Shown: positions 28,143 to 39,067, counted from the stretch's first letter. The stretch is 64,000 bases of DNA from Nitrososphaera sp. (GCA_039938575.1 JBDUUJ010000079.1:10067-74066), one strand, 5' to 3'. Notes: generated from the letters alone by a model not told the origin. Numbers and translations are program-made.

Positions 28143-28474
28143 TTCCTGACTGCCTCCGTTATCTTCTCAATTAGAACCTTGCTTGCATCTTTTCCAAGCT
28201 CTCCCTTTGCCGATAGTGAAACTATGCAGACACCACGCGCCTCCGATGCTAGCTTTTGAGAAATTAGTTTCAAAAAAAGAGAATCATGGCGAATCGGTAT
28301 GATTTCAGACGAGCTGGGAGACGGCCCAATTGCAACTGAGATCATCGTTGCACCTAATTTTTTGGCACCTTCGGTAATAGAGATAAAAAAACCGTTATCG
28401 TACTTTAAGATGGAAACATCAAATTTCCGATTATCTGTTTCCACAGATATTACTCTGTGGTCAGAACTTGACAT
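28139..28474 (-). CDS. Proteasome assembly chaperone (PAC4-like) protein
   Basis: 111 aa, ILKYDNGFFISITEG..LGA beta-rich pattern. Confidence 0.5.
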   Translation of the reverse strand: MSSSDHRVISVETDNRKFDVSILKYDNGFFISITEGAKKLGATMISVAIGPSPSSSEIIPIRHDSLFLKLISQKLASEARGVCIVSLSAKGELGKDASKVLIEKITEAVRN

Positions 28475-28491
28475 TAATTGCTTGGATAGAC

Positions 28492-28734
28492 TTATGCCTT
28501 TATTGCTATTGCTTCTGCTTCTTGAGCTTCAGCTTCAACTCTGGCACGCAGCTTGGCTTTGTACTTGAGATTTCGTGGTTTTGTTCTCAGTCTGTAACCA
28601 CAGCATGGGCACCACAGTCCTTCCCATTTGATGAAGATTTCACAAATCTGACAACGTCTCTGTCCTGAAGCATAACGTCCAGTTCCTACTGGCTTTTGTG
28701 CCTTGTATCTGGAGCAGATTCCCTTACATGTCAT
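28492..28734 (-). CDS. Conserved Cys-rich Zn-binding protein
   Basis: CKGIC, RCQICE, CPCCGYRLRTKPR. Confidence 0.8.
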   Translation of the reverse strand: MTCKGICSRYKAQKPVGTGRYASGQRRCQICEIFIKWEGLWCPCCGYRLRTKPRNLKYKAKLRARVEAEAQEAEAIAIKA

Positions 28735-28990
28735 GTTTTGTCATTATGTTATAGGATTCGCAAATATTTAAGGATGGATCTAAAATTTCTAGATGTTTTT
28801 TTTAAAAAAATTGTAAAAATTTTTTGGCGGTTGCGTGATTAGCTCGATCAATTTGAAAAAACCTTGAAAAGTTGTATAAATATCTAACGATTTTTTTCCA
28901 ATGGTATATTATGCCCCTAGAAAGGCGAATTTCGCGGTTTTTTGGGTCATTTTTGAACGATTTTTGCTGGATTTCTGGATTTTTATGGAC

Positions 28991-29653
28991 CTATCCCGTC
29001 CTCGAAAGCGGCAAAACAAAGTGCCTGTATCCTTGGCGCTGCGCTATGTATTTTGCTGACATCATGTCCCGTTCGCCCCGCTTGTTGTAGTTTTTTATCT
29101 TTCTTGTTGTTTTTTGCTCGTCTACAAACTCCAGCTCAAAGTGCGAGCAGAATTTCAGATTCAACAGACTTGTGATCTGTTTTGCAACTTGCATATTGCC
29201 GTTTCCAATTTTGACTATTTTTTTCTCTGCTCTGAGGCCGCCCAGTATTTTTGCTACGTGTGAGGCAAGCTCATCTGGCGACGTATACAAACCACGTTCT
29301 ATTTCCTTGCCAAGATACATTACGACAAGGCCGATTCTCTGGCCTGGGTCGATTCCGATTATGAGCTCGTGCTGGTTTAGTCCTGAATCCAGCTTCTCAA
29401 TTATTATTCCCTGAATGACAGTAGGATCCTCTTTGAGTATGTCCTCGTTTAAAATGAGCTGGTTTGCAGATTTTGGAGATTCGAGTGCCGTCGTAAATAT
29501 TAGATTTCCAGGATAGTTTGGTATTTCATTAGGTAGCAGCGAGTCATACTTGAGATTTAAAAACTTGAGTGCTTTGACGAACTGGAAGTAGGATTTACCG
29601 TAGGTGGTGGCAATCCCAATGCGGCAATCATCTAATGCGCTGATACCATTCAT
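28991..29653 (-). CDS. Hypothetical protein with RNase H-like (IGIDPG) domain
   Basis: IIGIDPGQRIG..VKIGNG..FVDE..D motifs, YqgF/RuvC-like. Confidence 0.55.
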   Translation of the reverse strand: MNGISALDDCRIGIATTYGKSYFQFVKALKFLNLKYDSLLPNEIPNYPGNLIFTTALESPKSANQLILNEDILKEDPTVIQGIIIEKLDSGLNQHELIIGIDPGQRIGLVVMYLGKEIERGLYTSPDELASHVAKILGGLRAEKKIVKIGNGNMQVAKQITSLLNLKFCSHFELEFVDEQKTTRKIKNYNKRGERDMMSAKYIAQRQGYRHFVLPLSRTG

Positions 29654-29676
29654 TGTAAATTTGCCGATTTAAGGGT

Positions 29677-30027
29677 TTACGGCTTCAAAATTGTTGACAC
29701 GACGCTGTCTACTGCCTCATCAAACTTGGAGTCAATTGTGGACTTGAGCTTGTCCAGTTTTGCTGCCCCGTCGGATGCTATCTTTTTTGCCTGTTGCTCT
29801 GCCTTGGATTTAGTCTCCGCAATTATCGCCTCTGCCTCCTTTATGGCCATTTGTGTGACCTTTTCTTTGAGCAATTCGAGTTCTTTTTGGGCCTTGGAAT
29901 TGAGTGCTTTTTTCATGTCTGCTACCTTGGAGTTTAGCGAGTCAAGGTCATTTTCAAGTTCTGCTAGAGACTTGATGATTTTGCTTACCTTGGAGTCTGC
30001 TACGGCGGTTTGGGCTACTTCCTTCAT
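29677..30027 (-). CDS. Coiled-coil protein, A/V-ATPase subunit H/G-like
   Basis: All-helical, AIKEAEAIIAETKSKAEQQAKKI. Confidence 0.5.
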   Translation of the reverse strand: MKEVAQTAVADSKVSKIIKSLAELENDLDSLNSKVADMKKALNSKAQKELELLKEKVTQMAIKEAEAIIAETKSKAEQQAKKIASDGAAKLDKLKSTIDSKFDEAVDSVVSTILKP

Positions 30028-30061
30028 ATCTGAAGACCGCCGACATCCATAATTAAAGCCT

Positions 30062-30403
30062 TCATTTGGTACTCAAAAGCAGGATCGCCCTTGCAAGATC
30101 GCCACCTGTTTCCTTTAGGGCGTTTGTAGCAACTTCAGGGGTGACATTTGCTTGCTGGCACACAAGCATTATGTCTTCTTCTGAAAAGACTGGTGTTTCC
30201 AGTTCTTTTTCTTCGTAGCTGTTTGCAATTACCTGAAAAATAGAATTATCTTTTGACCTCATTTCAGTGACTGCCGGTTTGGTGATTATGATCTCTTTTT
30301 TGTCGGTCTTGATTATTACCTCCTGGACATTTGTGACCTCTTTCATATCAAAGCCCATCCTGTCCAGCATTCGCCGCATTTCGCGGTTTCCGCCGCGCAT
30401 CAT
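30062..30403 (-). CDS. nac: Nascent polypeptide-associated complex protein
   Basis: EMRRMLDRMG, VQEVIIK, C-terminal UBA (GDLARAILLL). Confidence 0.93.
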   Translation of the reverse strand: MMRGGNREMRRMLDRMGFDMKEVTNVQEVIIKTDKKEIIITKPAVTEMRSKDNSIFQVIANSYEEKELETPVFSEEDIMLVCQQANVTPEVATNALKETGGDLARAILLLSTK

Positions 30404-30873
30404 GCCTGTTTTTCCACCACCGTAGGTTTTAAACTATGCCTGATTTTCACTGCTACGCCTCGTTTTAACGACATCATCATATCAGAATTCACCATGGCGC
30501 GCCCTACTGCGATCACCTTATCTTGGTACAAAACAGGCACATCAGCTCCAATTAGCACCCTTTTCCCTGCTCGGACTACATGTTTGCAAAAGACGGATTT
30601 TCCTTCCTCCACAAACGGCTTTGATTCATCGTTTATTTCGATGCAGTTCTCTCTGAATTTTTTACCCTTCAGCAAGATTTGTGCAAAATATGGAGTTATT
30701 GCAAGACCTCCATCTATTCTCAGTGTGCAAAGGAGTTTTTTGTCGCAGTACACTTCACGAATTCTGCCTGTTTTTTTAGAGAATGTGATCTCTATGTCTT
30801 TTGGAAGATATCTTGATGTGCCACTACCAAACAATGCGTCAAGGGTATGCCTTAGCTTCAGAATATGATCCAT
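30400..30873 (-). CDS. PUA-domain protein (archaeosine TGT/ArcS C-terminal-like)
   Basis: SKKTGRIREVY, GKSVFCKHV, IAVGRA, GVAVKIRH. Confidence 0.85.
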   Translation of the reverse strand: MDHILKLRHTLDALFGSGTSRYLPKDIEITFSKKTGRIREVYCDKKLLCTLRIDGGLAITPYFAQILLKGKKFRENCIEINDESKPFVEEGKSVFCKHVVRAGKRVLIGADVPVLYQDKVIAVGRAMVNSDMMMSLKRGVAVKIRHSLKPTVVEKQA

Positions 30874-30990
30874 GATGACAGTTTGAGGTCTTGTGGGTTT
30901 AATATGTCAAAAGTGGACTAATCTGCCGGATGGAGAACCAGATTTTACAATTGTAAACTATACTACATATTAATCCACAAAACCAATCAC

Positions 30991-31383
30991 GTGTTGATGA
31001 ATACCACCCAATTTACTACAGCGATTCTAGGCATGTTAATTGTCGGTGCCAGCATACAGTATGTATTGGCCGCAAACGGCGATACGGCAAAAACCAATAA
31101 AATTACACCGAAAACCAATGTAAACCTCGGAGAACTTGCAAAAAATCTCCAATTTGTTAAAACTATGATTGCATATATGAAAAAAGATCACTCGTTCACT
31201 CAAGACATCATAACTGCGATGCTAAAAGATCCCATGTTACGGCTGCAATTAATTGGACACATGACAGAAAACAAGGACGCTATGAAACAGATGACGGAGA
31301 TGATTGGTCATGGTGCAAAAGCTAACAAAATGAAGAACATGGATCATTCCAAAATGTGGATAAAAAAGAATTCCACAGATTAG
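30991..31383 (+). CDS. Secreted Met-rich hypothetical protein
   Basis: Signal peptide; AMLKDPMLR..MKQMTEM..MKNMDHSKM. Confidence 0.65.
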   Translation: MLMNTTQFTTAILGMLIVGASIQYVLAANGDTAKTNKITPKTNVNLGELAKNLQFVKTMIAYMKKDHSFTQDIITAMLKDPMLRLQLIGHMTENKDAMKQMTEMIGHGAKANKMKNMDHSKMWIKKNSTD

Positions 31384-31520
31384 GCACTTGTTTTGAAGCT
31401 ATTGAAATATCGTTTCCATTAGTGCAAGAGTGCAGCAGCTAGTTTCTTCTTGCATGCTTGTAAGACATAGATTGCATACCGACTTTATAATCTATATAGA
31501 AGTTTGATTCACTACATGGT

Positions 31521-32570
31521 ATGTCGGAGCGTGAGGAGACACGGAGACTCCAGTTCACAGGCAAGTCATCGTATATAGTTTCATTGCCAAAGCAGTGGGT
31601 CATGGATTTGGGCCTAAAGCAGGGAGACCAGATAGTAATTACCCGAGAAGGCAAGTCTTCACTCAAAATACTACCTGCAAAAGACCAGACAAAATCTGCA
31701 CAAATAGAAGACGCAGTTTTGGAAATAGCAAGAGATGATGATAACGCATCGATTATTCGAAAGCTCATCTCGCTTTACTTTCTTGGGTATAAAACTATAC
31801 AGATAAAACCGAAAGCAGACAGGCTGCAGCCAGGACAGCGCAATGCCATAAAATCTGCAGTCAAGGGCATGCTGATGGGGGCAGAGATAATTTCTGATTC
31901 GGTAGACGGAATCACCATACAGGTCCTCGTAAATCTGCTTGAGCTCTCAGTTGATGGCGCCTTTAAGCGGATGCTTCACTTGGCAAAATCGATGTTAAGA
32001 GATGCGCTCTTAGCAGTAAGGGAGGGAAATCTGGATCTGGCAAGAGAAGTAATTGACTCTGATGACGAAGTTGACAGATTTGGTTTTTACATAATCAGGC
32101 AGCTAAAGATCGCAATTCAAAACGAGTTTATGTTAAAAGAAATGGGGTTCACCAATCCAAGACAGTGCCTCGGTTACAGACTTATTGTCAAACATATAGA
32201 AAGAACAGGCGACCATGCAGTCCTCATATCGAAGGACCTCCTCGAATTCAAAAAGTCGGTAAGAAAGGAAGCAATGGAAAAGATTGACGATCTCTGCGAG
32301 TTTGCCATTTCTGTTCTGGACGAATCATGCCTTGCTCTCTTTAAGGAAGATTTTGCGCAAGCAGAACACGCAATTGAAAAGGCTTCAGAGATATCCAAGT
32401 ACGAAAAAAAGATACTAGAGTCCATAAAATCCATCAAAGACGAGGAAGAAGCATACAGAATACGAAGAATGTCAGAAAACATTACAAGAATTGCTGAATA
32501 CGCAAGCGATATTGCGGAAATCGTACTAAACATGAATATAGAAAAGATGCTAAGCAGGCCTAGATTCTAA
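31521..32570 (+). CDS. phoU: Phosphate uptake regulator (AbrB + PhoU domains)
   Basis: [33 protein letters not shown]. Confidence 0.9.
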   Translation: MSEREETRRLQFTGKSSYIVSLPKQWVMDLGLKQGDQIVITREGKSSLKILPAKDQTKSAQIEDAVLEIARDDDNASIIRKLISLYFLGYKTIQIKPKADRLQPGQRNAIKSAVKGMLMGAEIISDSVDGITIQVLVNLLELSVDGAFKRMLHLAKSMLRDALLAVREGNLDLAREVIDSDDEVDRFGFYIIRQLKIAIQNEFMLKEMGFTNPRQCLGYRLIVKHIERTGDHAVLISKDLLEFKKSVRKEAMEKIDDLCEFAISVLDESCLALFKEDFAQAEHAIEKASEISKYEKKILESIKSIKDEEEAYRIRRMSENITRIAEYASDIAEIVLNMNIEKMLSRPRF

Positions 32571-32581
32571 AGAGCCTTGCC

Positions 32582-33709
32582 ATGACACAAACTGCAATTC
32601 TGATTACTTATGACAACGACGACTCTGTAAAAGAGGCATTGGGCCTGTGCGAAGCAGCAAACTACAAAGTGGCAAAAATACTAAGGCAAAAGTTTCTCAA
32701 CAAGACAAAATATGGAATCGGTGAGGGAAAGCTCGAAGAGCTCAGAGAGCTTGTTGCAAAGATAAAACCCGATGTTATAATTTATGACGAAGTACTCAAG
32801 CCGAGCCAGAGCTACAACTTGGCATCAAAGCTGAAAATGAATATACTGGATCGAGAGTCTTTGATTTTGGAGATATTTGAAAAAAGATCGTCAAGTTACG
32901 AGTCACATCTTCAGATCAAGCTAGCACAGCTTCGATATGAAATGTCAAGGGCAAAAGAAAAGGTTCGACTCGCGAAGATGGGCGAGCAGCCAGGCTTTAT
33001 GGGAATTGGCATGTACGAAGTCGACACATACTACAACGACATACAAAACAGAATGAAGAGCGTCAAATCAAAGCTTGCAAAGACCGGAAAGCAGAGGGCG
33101 TTGCACAGAGAAGCGCGGAGACGAGTAGGCCTCAAAACGATTTCACTTGCAGGCTACACGTCGGCTGGCAAGACCACCTTATTCAACACCCTGACTGGCG
33201 AGACTAAGGAGGAGAGCCCGGAGTTATTTACTACTCTTTCCACTACAACAAGAAAGATTCTGATTGACAAAAAGCCGGTTCTGATATCAGATACTGTTGG
33301 CTTTATCAGCAAGCTTCCTGCATACATGATTGAGGCTTTCAAGTCCACACTTGAGGAGCTTCGCTATGCAGATGTCGTAATCGTCGTAGTTGATGTAAGC
33401 GATTCTGAACTGGAACTAAAGAAAAAGTTTCAAAGCTGCCTCAAGACGCTATCGGATCTTGACGTGGACCAAGAACGCGTCATTTTTGCGCTCAACAAGT
33501 CCGATTTGATAGGCCCAGAAGACATAGTAAGGAGGGCCGAGCTTGTAGGATTGAGTGAAAGTAGAAAGTGGGTTCCAATTTCTGCAACCACTGGTGAGAA
33601 CATCTCAAAGCTGCTTGAGCTTGTAAGCAGGATGCTTGAAACATCAAAGCAGCAAATAAAAGAGATTCCGCCAAAGCAGGATCTGGCAAAGTTCTATGAA
33701 GAAGATTGA
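32582..33709 (+). CDS. hflX: GTPase HflX
   Basis: [27 protein letters not shown]. Confidence 0.95.
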   Translation: MTQTAILITYDNDDSVKEALGLCEAANYKVAKILRQKFLNKTKYGIGEGKLEELRELVAKIKPDVIIYDEVLKPSQSYNLASKLKMNILDRESLILEIFEKRSSSYESHLQIKLAQLRYEMSRAKEKVRLAKMGEQPGFMGIGMYEVDTYYNDIQNRMKSVKSKLAKTGKQRALHREARRRVGLKTISLAGYTSAGKTTLFNTLTGETKEESPELFTTLSTTTRKILIDKKPVLISDTVGFISKLPAYMIEAFKSTLEELRYADVVIVVVDVSDSELELKKKFQSCLKTLSDLDVDQERVIFALNKSDLIGPEDIVRRAELVGLSESRKWVPISATTGENISKLLELVSRMLETSKQQIKEIPPKQDLAKFYEED

Positions 33710-34223
33710 GGTGCTAAGAATCGGCCAACGTCTAGTCAGAGATGACAGGGTGACTACCCATGTTGCGCTTGTCGCAAGGGCGTTTGGCGCATCAAAAATA
33801 TTTATGAACGAAGTAAACCCGGAAATCAAAGATACACTTGATAAGGTAAACAGATCGTGGGGGGGCGGATTTGAATTAGAGTTTATTGATGATTGGAAAA
33901 AGCTCCTCAAGTCAAAGAAAAAATCCGCAAAGATCGTTCACCTTACTATGTACGGTGAAAGCGTAAACGACGTACAAGAAAAGTTGAGAAAAGAAGATGA
34001 GCTCCTAGTCGTCGTTGGCGCAGAAAAGGTTCCTCGTGAAGTCTATGACTATGCAGACTACAATGTTGCTGTAGGAAACCAGCCGCACTCCGAAGTAAGC
34101 GCACTTGCAATAATTCTCGATAGGATTCAAAATGGAAAACAGTTTGATATCAAGCACAGTAACGCACGACTGGAGATAGTACCAAGTAAGAAAGGCAAAA
34201 AAGTCATCATAAAAAGCGATTGA
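33696..34223 (+). CDS. trm56: tRNA (cytidine(56)-2'-O)-methyltransferase
   Basis: [38 protein letters not shown]. Confidence 0.95.
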   Translation: MKKIEVLRIGQRLVRDDRVTTHVALVARAFGASKIFMNEVNPEIKDTLDKVNRSWGGGFELEFIDDWKKLLKSKKKSAKIVHLTMYGESVNDVQEKLRKEDELLVVVGAEKVPREVYDYADYNVAVGNQPHSEVSALAIILDRIQNGKQFDIKHSNARLEIVPSKKGKKVIIKSD

Positions 34224-34229
34224 TTAATT

Positions 34230-34769
34230 ATGTCCGAAACTCAACCAAAGTTATTGGTCGAGTCATACGAAGATCCGTTTGTTAGGATCGCTGCAATGAT
34301 TGGTGGAGACGAATACCTCAAAGTGGCCCGTGCGCTGCTCAAAGCAGAAGACGCAACAGACGAAGAAATTGCCAGCTCAACTGGACTTAGGATAAACATG
34401 GTAAGAAAGGTGCTTTACGATCTTTTTGGAAAAGCCCTCATCACAGGAATTCGCGTAAAGGACGAACGAAAAGGCTGGTTTGTCTACAGGTGGCGCTCAA
34501 GAAAAGATGAGGTAGAGAACTTTATCGAGAACCAGAAAAAAAAGATTGCGGACAGATTGCAGCAAAGACTTGACTATGAGAACTCGTCACAGTTCTATCA
34601 TTGCGGCAACGAAGACTGTCCTAGGATCACCTTTGAGACTGCACTTGAGATGTTCTTCAAATGCCCAAGGTGCGGTGGCGTTGTGAATCTCAAGAAAAAT
34701 GACAAGCTCAAAAAGGCACTAGAGTCAAAAATCACAGAAATAAGAAACGACATGCGTCGTCATCTCTGA
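34230..34769 (+). CDS. tfe: Transcription factor E (TFE alpha)
   Basis: wHTH (TDEEIA..VRKVLYDL, GWFVYRW) + Zn ribbon (CGNEDC..CPRCG). Confidence 0.95.
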   Translation: MSETQPKLLVESYEDPFVRIAAMIGGDEYLKVARALLKAEDATDEEIASSTGLRINMVRKVLYDLFGKALITGIRVKDERKGWFVYRWRSRKDEVENFIENQKKKIADRLQQRLDYENSSQFYHCGNEDCPRITFETALEMFFKCPRCGGVVNLKKNDKLKKALESKITEIRNDMRRHL

Positions 34770-35413
34770 TAGTGCAACACGATTTCACTATCATAACGCA
34801 CGGCTTTTTTCAGCTTCAGTTTTAATGAATCTGCAATATTTGCAAATCCAGCTCCTTCTACTAGGGTGGTTGCAGCTGTTCCGCCGACCAGACATGGCGA
34901 TATAGTGACTATGACTTCATCTACAAGTCCTTTGCTTACGAAATCCCAGTTGGTTGTCCCCCCACCTTCAAGTAAGATGGTTCTGATTCCTTGTTTGTAG
35001 AGAATCTTGAGGAGTTTTTTTATCTCTACTTTAGTTTTTCCTGCAGTTATCATCTTGATTGGATATCTTGCAAGCTTTGAGAGATTCTTCTTTGGTGCTG
35101 TTTTTGAGACTGCAATGATTGTTGGAATTAGATGGGATGTTTTTATTATCTTTGAGCATGTGGAGATTTCTGCACGTGAATCAAGAATTATTCTTGTTGG
35201 GTTTTTTCCCTTTACGTATCGCACAGTAAGTAGTGGATCGTCTTTTTTGACTGTGTTTTTGCCCACCAGTATTGCGTCGGAGCTGGCACGCAGTCTGTGC
35301 ACTCGTACTTTGTCGTGCTTTGAGGATATCTCCGAGTTACCTGTCTTTGTGGCGATTTTGCCGTCCAACGAGACTGCCGCGCTCAGAATTATGTGTGGTC
35401 TAGATTTTGCCAT
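34760..35413 (-). CDS. ribD: 2,5-diamino-6-ribosylamino-pyrimidinone 5'-phosphate reductase (RibD C-terminal/ArfC)
   Basis: SLDGKIA, DAILVG, DDPLLTVR, LLEGGG. Confidence 0.92.
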   Translation of the reverse strand: MAKSRPHIILSAAVSLDGKIATKTGNSEISSKHDKVRVHRLRASSDAILVGKNTVKKDDPLLTVRYVKGKNPTRIILDSRAEISTCSKIIKTSHLIPTIIAVSKTAPKKNLSKLARYPIKMITAGKTKVEIKKLLKILYKQGIRTILLEGGGTTNWDFVSKGLVDEVIVTISPCLVGGTAATTLVEGAGFANIADSLKLKLKKAVRYDSEIVLHYQR

Positions 35414-36572
35414 GAACTATTTTGCCTCCAACCATGACTGCCCTTATTGTGGATTCAGATGCCCTGTGCACTATTGCGGCGTACGGGTTGAACATCGGCT
35501 CAAAATCAAGCGCATGCCTCTCAAAGAATATTCCATCTGCGAAATATCCTGGCTCAATTGAGCCGATTTTTCTTCCAAGTAGCACGCCACCGTTTACTGT
35601 AGCCATTTTTAGTATCTGTTTTGGGTCTAGTCTTTTTTTGTTCAGACCCATATACACCTTCCATGCGTAATCCATCTCCTTGAACATGTCTGGTGAGTTT
35701 ATCATGACATTGTCTGTTCCTATTGCGACAATGCAGCCGTTTTGTTGCATGTATACAAAATCTGGAATTCCTTCTGCAAGCGATGCGTTTGCTCTTGGAC
35801 ACACCACTATTCCGCGTGTCTTTTTTGCAGCTACACTCAGATCGGATCTTGATGCATACGTCATGTGCACAAGAAAATGTGGCTTTGCAAGAAGCGCTCT
35901 TGCAGTTTCTGATCTTTTTGTAGTTTTCATGGAGACGGTAGAGCTTTCTTGAGTTTCTGCGCTATGTATGGCCCGAATTTTTTTTGTTCTAGAATATGCA
36001 CGCAAAACAGAATCGCTGTTTTCATTTGGCCCGCTGATGCCGATGCCGTCACAGTATTTTAGTATTGATTCAAGCTCTTTTTTTCTGTCAGTCGGCAGTG
36101 GTGTGTTTTTTTTGATCTGGTTTTTGTCTTGATAATACTCTACTCTGCCAAGAATCACTCCCCGAATCGGCACCTCTTCTAGTACACTTTTTAACAACAT
36201 GATACCTTCCAGGCCGCCTTCTCTGAAATCAACAAAAGTTGTAATTCCTTTTTTGAGCATGGAGTAGCAAGTGTTTTTCATAAAATGTGTAAGGTGCTCA
36301 GGGTTTGAGTTGTTCAGGATTTTTCTTTTTGCGCCCAACATTGGATGTATTTTGCTATCCACTGATCCTTTCAATGCGGCGTCTTTTCCTATAGAATCGC
36401 CTATATGGGTGTGCATGTTTACAAAACCTGGCACAAGCAAAAGCCCTTGGCAGTCAACAATATCTTTGCTGTCAGACTGTTTTACAAAAAGACCGTTTGA
36501 TGTCTGCAGGGTGGTAGATGAAACATATTCTAGGTCTTTGCCGTACAGAACGCTGACATTTTTTAAAAGCAT
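35400..36572 (-). CDS. Metal-dependent amidohydrolase
   Basis: PGFVNMHTHIGD, HSAE, LVHMT, VAIGTDN. Confidence 0.88.
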   Translation of the reverse strand: MLLKNVSVLYGKDLEYVSSTTLQTSNGLFVKQSDSKDIVDCQGLLLVPGFVNMHTHIGDSIGKDAALKGSVDSKIHPMLGAKRKILNNSNPEHLTHFMKNTCYSMLKKGITTFVDFREGGLEGIMLLKSVLEEVPIRGVILGRVEYYQDKNQIKKNTPLPTDRKKELESILKYCDGIGISGPNENSDSVLRAYSRTKKIRAIHSAETQESSTVSMKTTKRSETARALLAKPHFLVHMTYASRSDLSVAAKKTRGIVVCPRANASLAEGIPDFVYMQQNGCIVAIGTDNVMINSPDMFKEMDYAWKVYMGLNKKRLDPKQILKMATVNGGVLLGRKIGSIEPGYFADGIFFERHALDFEPMFNPYAAIVHRASESTIRAVMVGGKIVHGKI

Positions 36573-37318
36573 GACATTTCGTATATGGCAGGTTTTTCTT
36601 TTCCTGCCTTCCTGATTTCTCTAATTGTGTCAAGCGAGTTGGTTGCAAGCTTGACTGCTTCTCTTGCTGTTTTTGCCGTTCCTATGCCGCAGTTGAATGT
36701 AATGCCGAACTCTTTTTTTGCTAGTTCCAAGAATTCCTGTGCATCTTTTTTTGCATTATCGGTTCCCACCACCATAAAGTTGTCTCCCCCCATGAAAAAC
36801 GCAAGAGATTTTTTTGCCATAAAAAATTCAGACATTCTTGCATACAGCTTAAAGATGATTGAAGAGATCTCGTAAGGAGATTTTGTTTTTCTTGTTGATG
36901 TGATGTTTTCAACATCAAAATGCATTATCGTCACTTTCTGGTTTGCGGTGCCGTTGACAAATCCATAAACTGTGTTTTTCTGATCCAAGACGACTTGCTT
37001 CATCTTTGCTTCATATGCCTTTAGATTCGCATCAAAGGGATTGTCGGCATACCCAATTGACATAGACATCTTGAGGCTTGACGCTTTTGCTAACTTTTGC
37101 TGGATTTCAATGTGGTCATCAAGCCCAAGACCGTTTGTGATGACAAAAAACTCGTCAAACCGGTTGGAGAATACAAGGCAGTTTTTCTCTGAGAAGAGTT
37201 TTTGCAGCTCTCTGTACAGGTTTGCCTGCAGCATCTGCAACTCATGCTCTCTGTCTGAGCCAAGCGTCAGTGTCCACGGTCCGTACTCTGTTATTTTTAC
37301 TATAGTAAGCTGGATCAT
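36563..37318 (-). CDS. gch3: GTP cyclohydrolase IIa/III
   Basis: YGPWTLTLGSDREHELQMLQA, RFDE, FMGGDN. Confidence 0.93.
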   Translation of the reverse strand: MIQLTIVKITEYGPWTLTLGSDREHELQMLQANLYRELQKLFSEKNCLVFSNRFDEFFVITNGLGLDDHIEIQQKLAKASSLKMSMSIGYADNPFDANLKAYEAKMKQVVLDQKNTVYGFVNGTANQKVTIMHFDVENITSTRKTKSPYEISSIIFKLYARMSEFFMAKKSLAFFMGGDNFMVVGTDNAKKDAQEFLELAKKEFGITFNCGIGTAKTAREAVKLATNSLDTIREIRKAGKEKPAIYEMSCF

Positions 37319-37728
37319 CGAATCTTTTCAAGCTCCTTTGATATCTTGAACACTGCTTCAACGGCACGTTCTGCTACGGGTCTGATTCTAGCGTGGGCAT
37401 GCCTTTGCTGCATTCCGGGTCCTGATATTCCAAGTGAGACTGGTTTTTGGTACTTTATGGATAGTTCTGTAAGTGATTTTGCCGTCGAATTTGCGATTGT
37501 TTCGTCGTGCTTTGTTTGCCCCTTTATGATGGCGCCAAGCGTGACTACGCCGTCTACGTCCTTTTTTTGCAATAATGCGTCAACTATTAGCGGCATATCA
37601 TAAGCCCCAGGAGCCTTGCACGAATATTTGACTTCCAGTTTGAGAGCCCTTGCTTTTTCCAACGCAACTTGAAGCATTCTTGATGTTATCTCTTCGTTGA
37701 ACTCCGCCGTCACTATTGCAATATTCAA
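37315..37728 (-). CDS. ribH: 6,7-dimethyl-8-ribityllumazine synthase
   Basis: IAIVTAEFN, PGAYDMP, LGAIIKGQTKHD; TTG start 37728. Confidence 0.95.
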   Translation of the reverse strand: MNIAIVTAEFNEEITSRMLQVALEKARALKLEVKYSCKAPGAYDMPLIVDALLQKKDVDGVVTLGAIIKGQTKHDETIANSTAKSLTELSIKYQKPVSLGISGPGMQQRHAHARIRPVAERAVEAVFKISKELEKIR

Positions 37729-37729
37729 A

Positions 37730-38404
37730 TTAGTGCACCTTTGAGAATTCGAGGAGTTCTTTGCCATCGACAAACGGGATGGCGTTTTCCTTTGCAAATT
37801 TCTGTGCCTTTTCTACCGTCAGCGCAGAATAGGTTTGCGAGTCCATCATCTCGCAGATTGCAGTCATTGGTGTGAGCTTTGCAAGCTCTGCCAGATATAC
37901 AGACATTTCTGTGTGTCCCTGTCTGCTTGCAAGAAGGCCGTTTGATGCCAAAAGCAGCGGTACGTGTCCAGGTGTAGTAAATGATGAGACGAACTCTTTT
38001 TTTGGATCATCTGTGTGGTAGATGTTTGCCATCTCTTTGATTGTCATGGCCCTGTCCCTGTCGGTGATCCCAGTGTAGGTTTGTTTGTGGTTTATTGAGA
38101 TCGAAAATGTAGGGTGGTCTCCATATGGCGCTGTACCCATGATCATCTGTTTGATGTCAGCATCCAAATCGGCAGAGCCGGAAAGTATGTTGTGCATGTA
38201 TTTTAGGTTAAGAGATTTTGCAAAAGAGTCCTTTATTGCAAGACAAATGAGCCCGCCTGCATTCTGGCGCATCCTTGAGATGTGTTCTGGTGTCACAAAC
38301 TGTGCGGCCACTACCATATCCACCTCGTTTTCACGGCCACCTGAATCGTACAGAAGCACAAACTCACCGCGCTTTAGGGAGGATATTGCGTCTTGAAGAC
38401 TCAT
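37730..38404 (-). CDS. ribB: 3,4-dihydroxy-2-butanone-4-phosphate synthase
   Basis: RENEVD, GLICLA, TGITDRDR, PGHV, RQGHTE, ICEM. Confidence 0.95.
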   Translation of the reverse strand: MSLQDAISSLKRGEFVLLYDSGGRENEVDMVVAAQFVTPEHISRMRQNAGGLICLAIKDSFAKSLNLKYMHNILSGSADLDADIKQMIMGTAPYGDHPTFSISINHKQTYTGITDRDRAMTIKEMANIYHTDDPKKEFVSSFTTPGHVPLLLASNGLLASRQGHTEMSVYLAELAKLTPMTAICEMMDSQTYSALTVEKAQKFAKENAIPFVDGKELLEFSKVH

Positions 38405-38476
38405 GTTCAAAATTGGTTTTGCATGAATAATAAAGGTTACTCAAAAATTAGTAATTACCACTAAATTGGTAGTAGT

Positions 38477-39067
38477 TCATTCGTGTTTTAAAAGATATTT
38501 GCCTAAAATATCGGTTTCAATATTAACCTTATCGCCAACTTGTTTTGTTTGAAAGTTTGTCACTTCAACTGTATGTGGAATAAGGCATACTGATGCCAGA
38601 TTTTTTTTGATGTCTACTACAGTTAGACTTATTCCATCTATTGCGATCGAGCCTTTTTGCACTACAAATCTAGAGAGATGTTTTGGTATCTCAAACCACA
38701 CTTTGATCTCTTTTGGCCTTTTTTCAATTTTTTTTATGGTGCCGACTCCGTCTACGTGTCCAAGAACAAAGTGGCCCTCCATCCTGTCCCCCACCTTAAG
38801 ACTCCTTTCTATGTTGACAATGCTGCCCACCTTGAGGTTTCCAAGGTCGGTCTTCTTTGTTGTTTCGTCTATCATCTCAAAGTCGCATTTTGATTTTGAG
38901 ATCCCAGTTACCGTAAGGCAGACCCCGTTGAGTGCCACGCTTTGGCCTATCTTGAGACCCTTTGCGTTCTTGCCAAGATCCACAGTCATCTTTACTGCGC
39001 TTCTTCTATTGGTGTTTTTGCTCAGCGAGAGCACCTTGCCTACACCTTCGACTATGCCTGTAAACAA
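38477..39067 (-). CDS. ribE: Riboflavin synthase (bacterial-type alpha chain)
   Basis: MFTGIV N-terminus, NGVCLTV, GHFVLGHVDG, KGSIAIDGISLTV. Confidence 0.95.
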   Translation of the reverse strand: MFTGIVEGVGKVLSLSKNTNRRSAVKMTVDLGKNAKGLKIGQSVALNGVCLTVTGISKSKCDFEMIDETTKKTDLGNLKVGSIVNIERSLKVGDRMEGHFVLGHVDGVGTIKKIEKRPKEIKVWFEIPKHLSRFVVQKGSIAIDGISLTVVDIKKNLASVCLIPHTVEVTNFQTKQVGDKVNIETDILGKYLLKHE

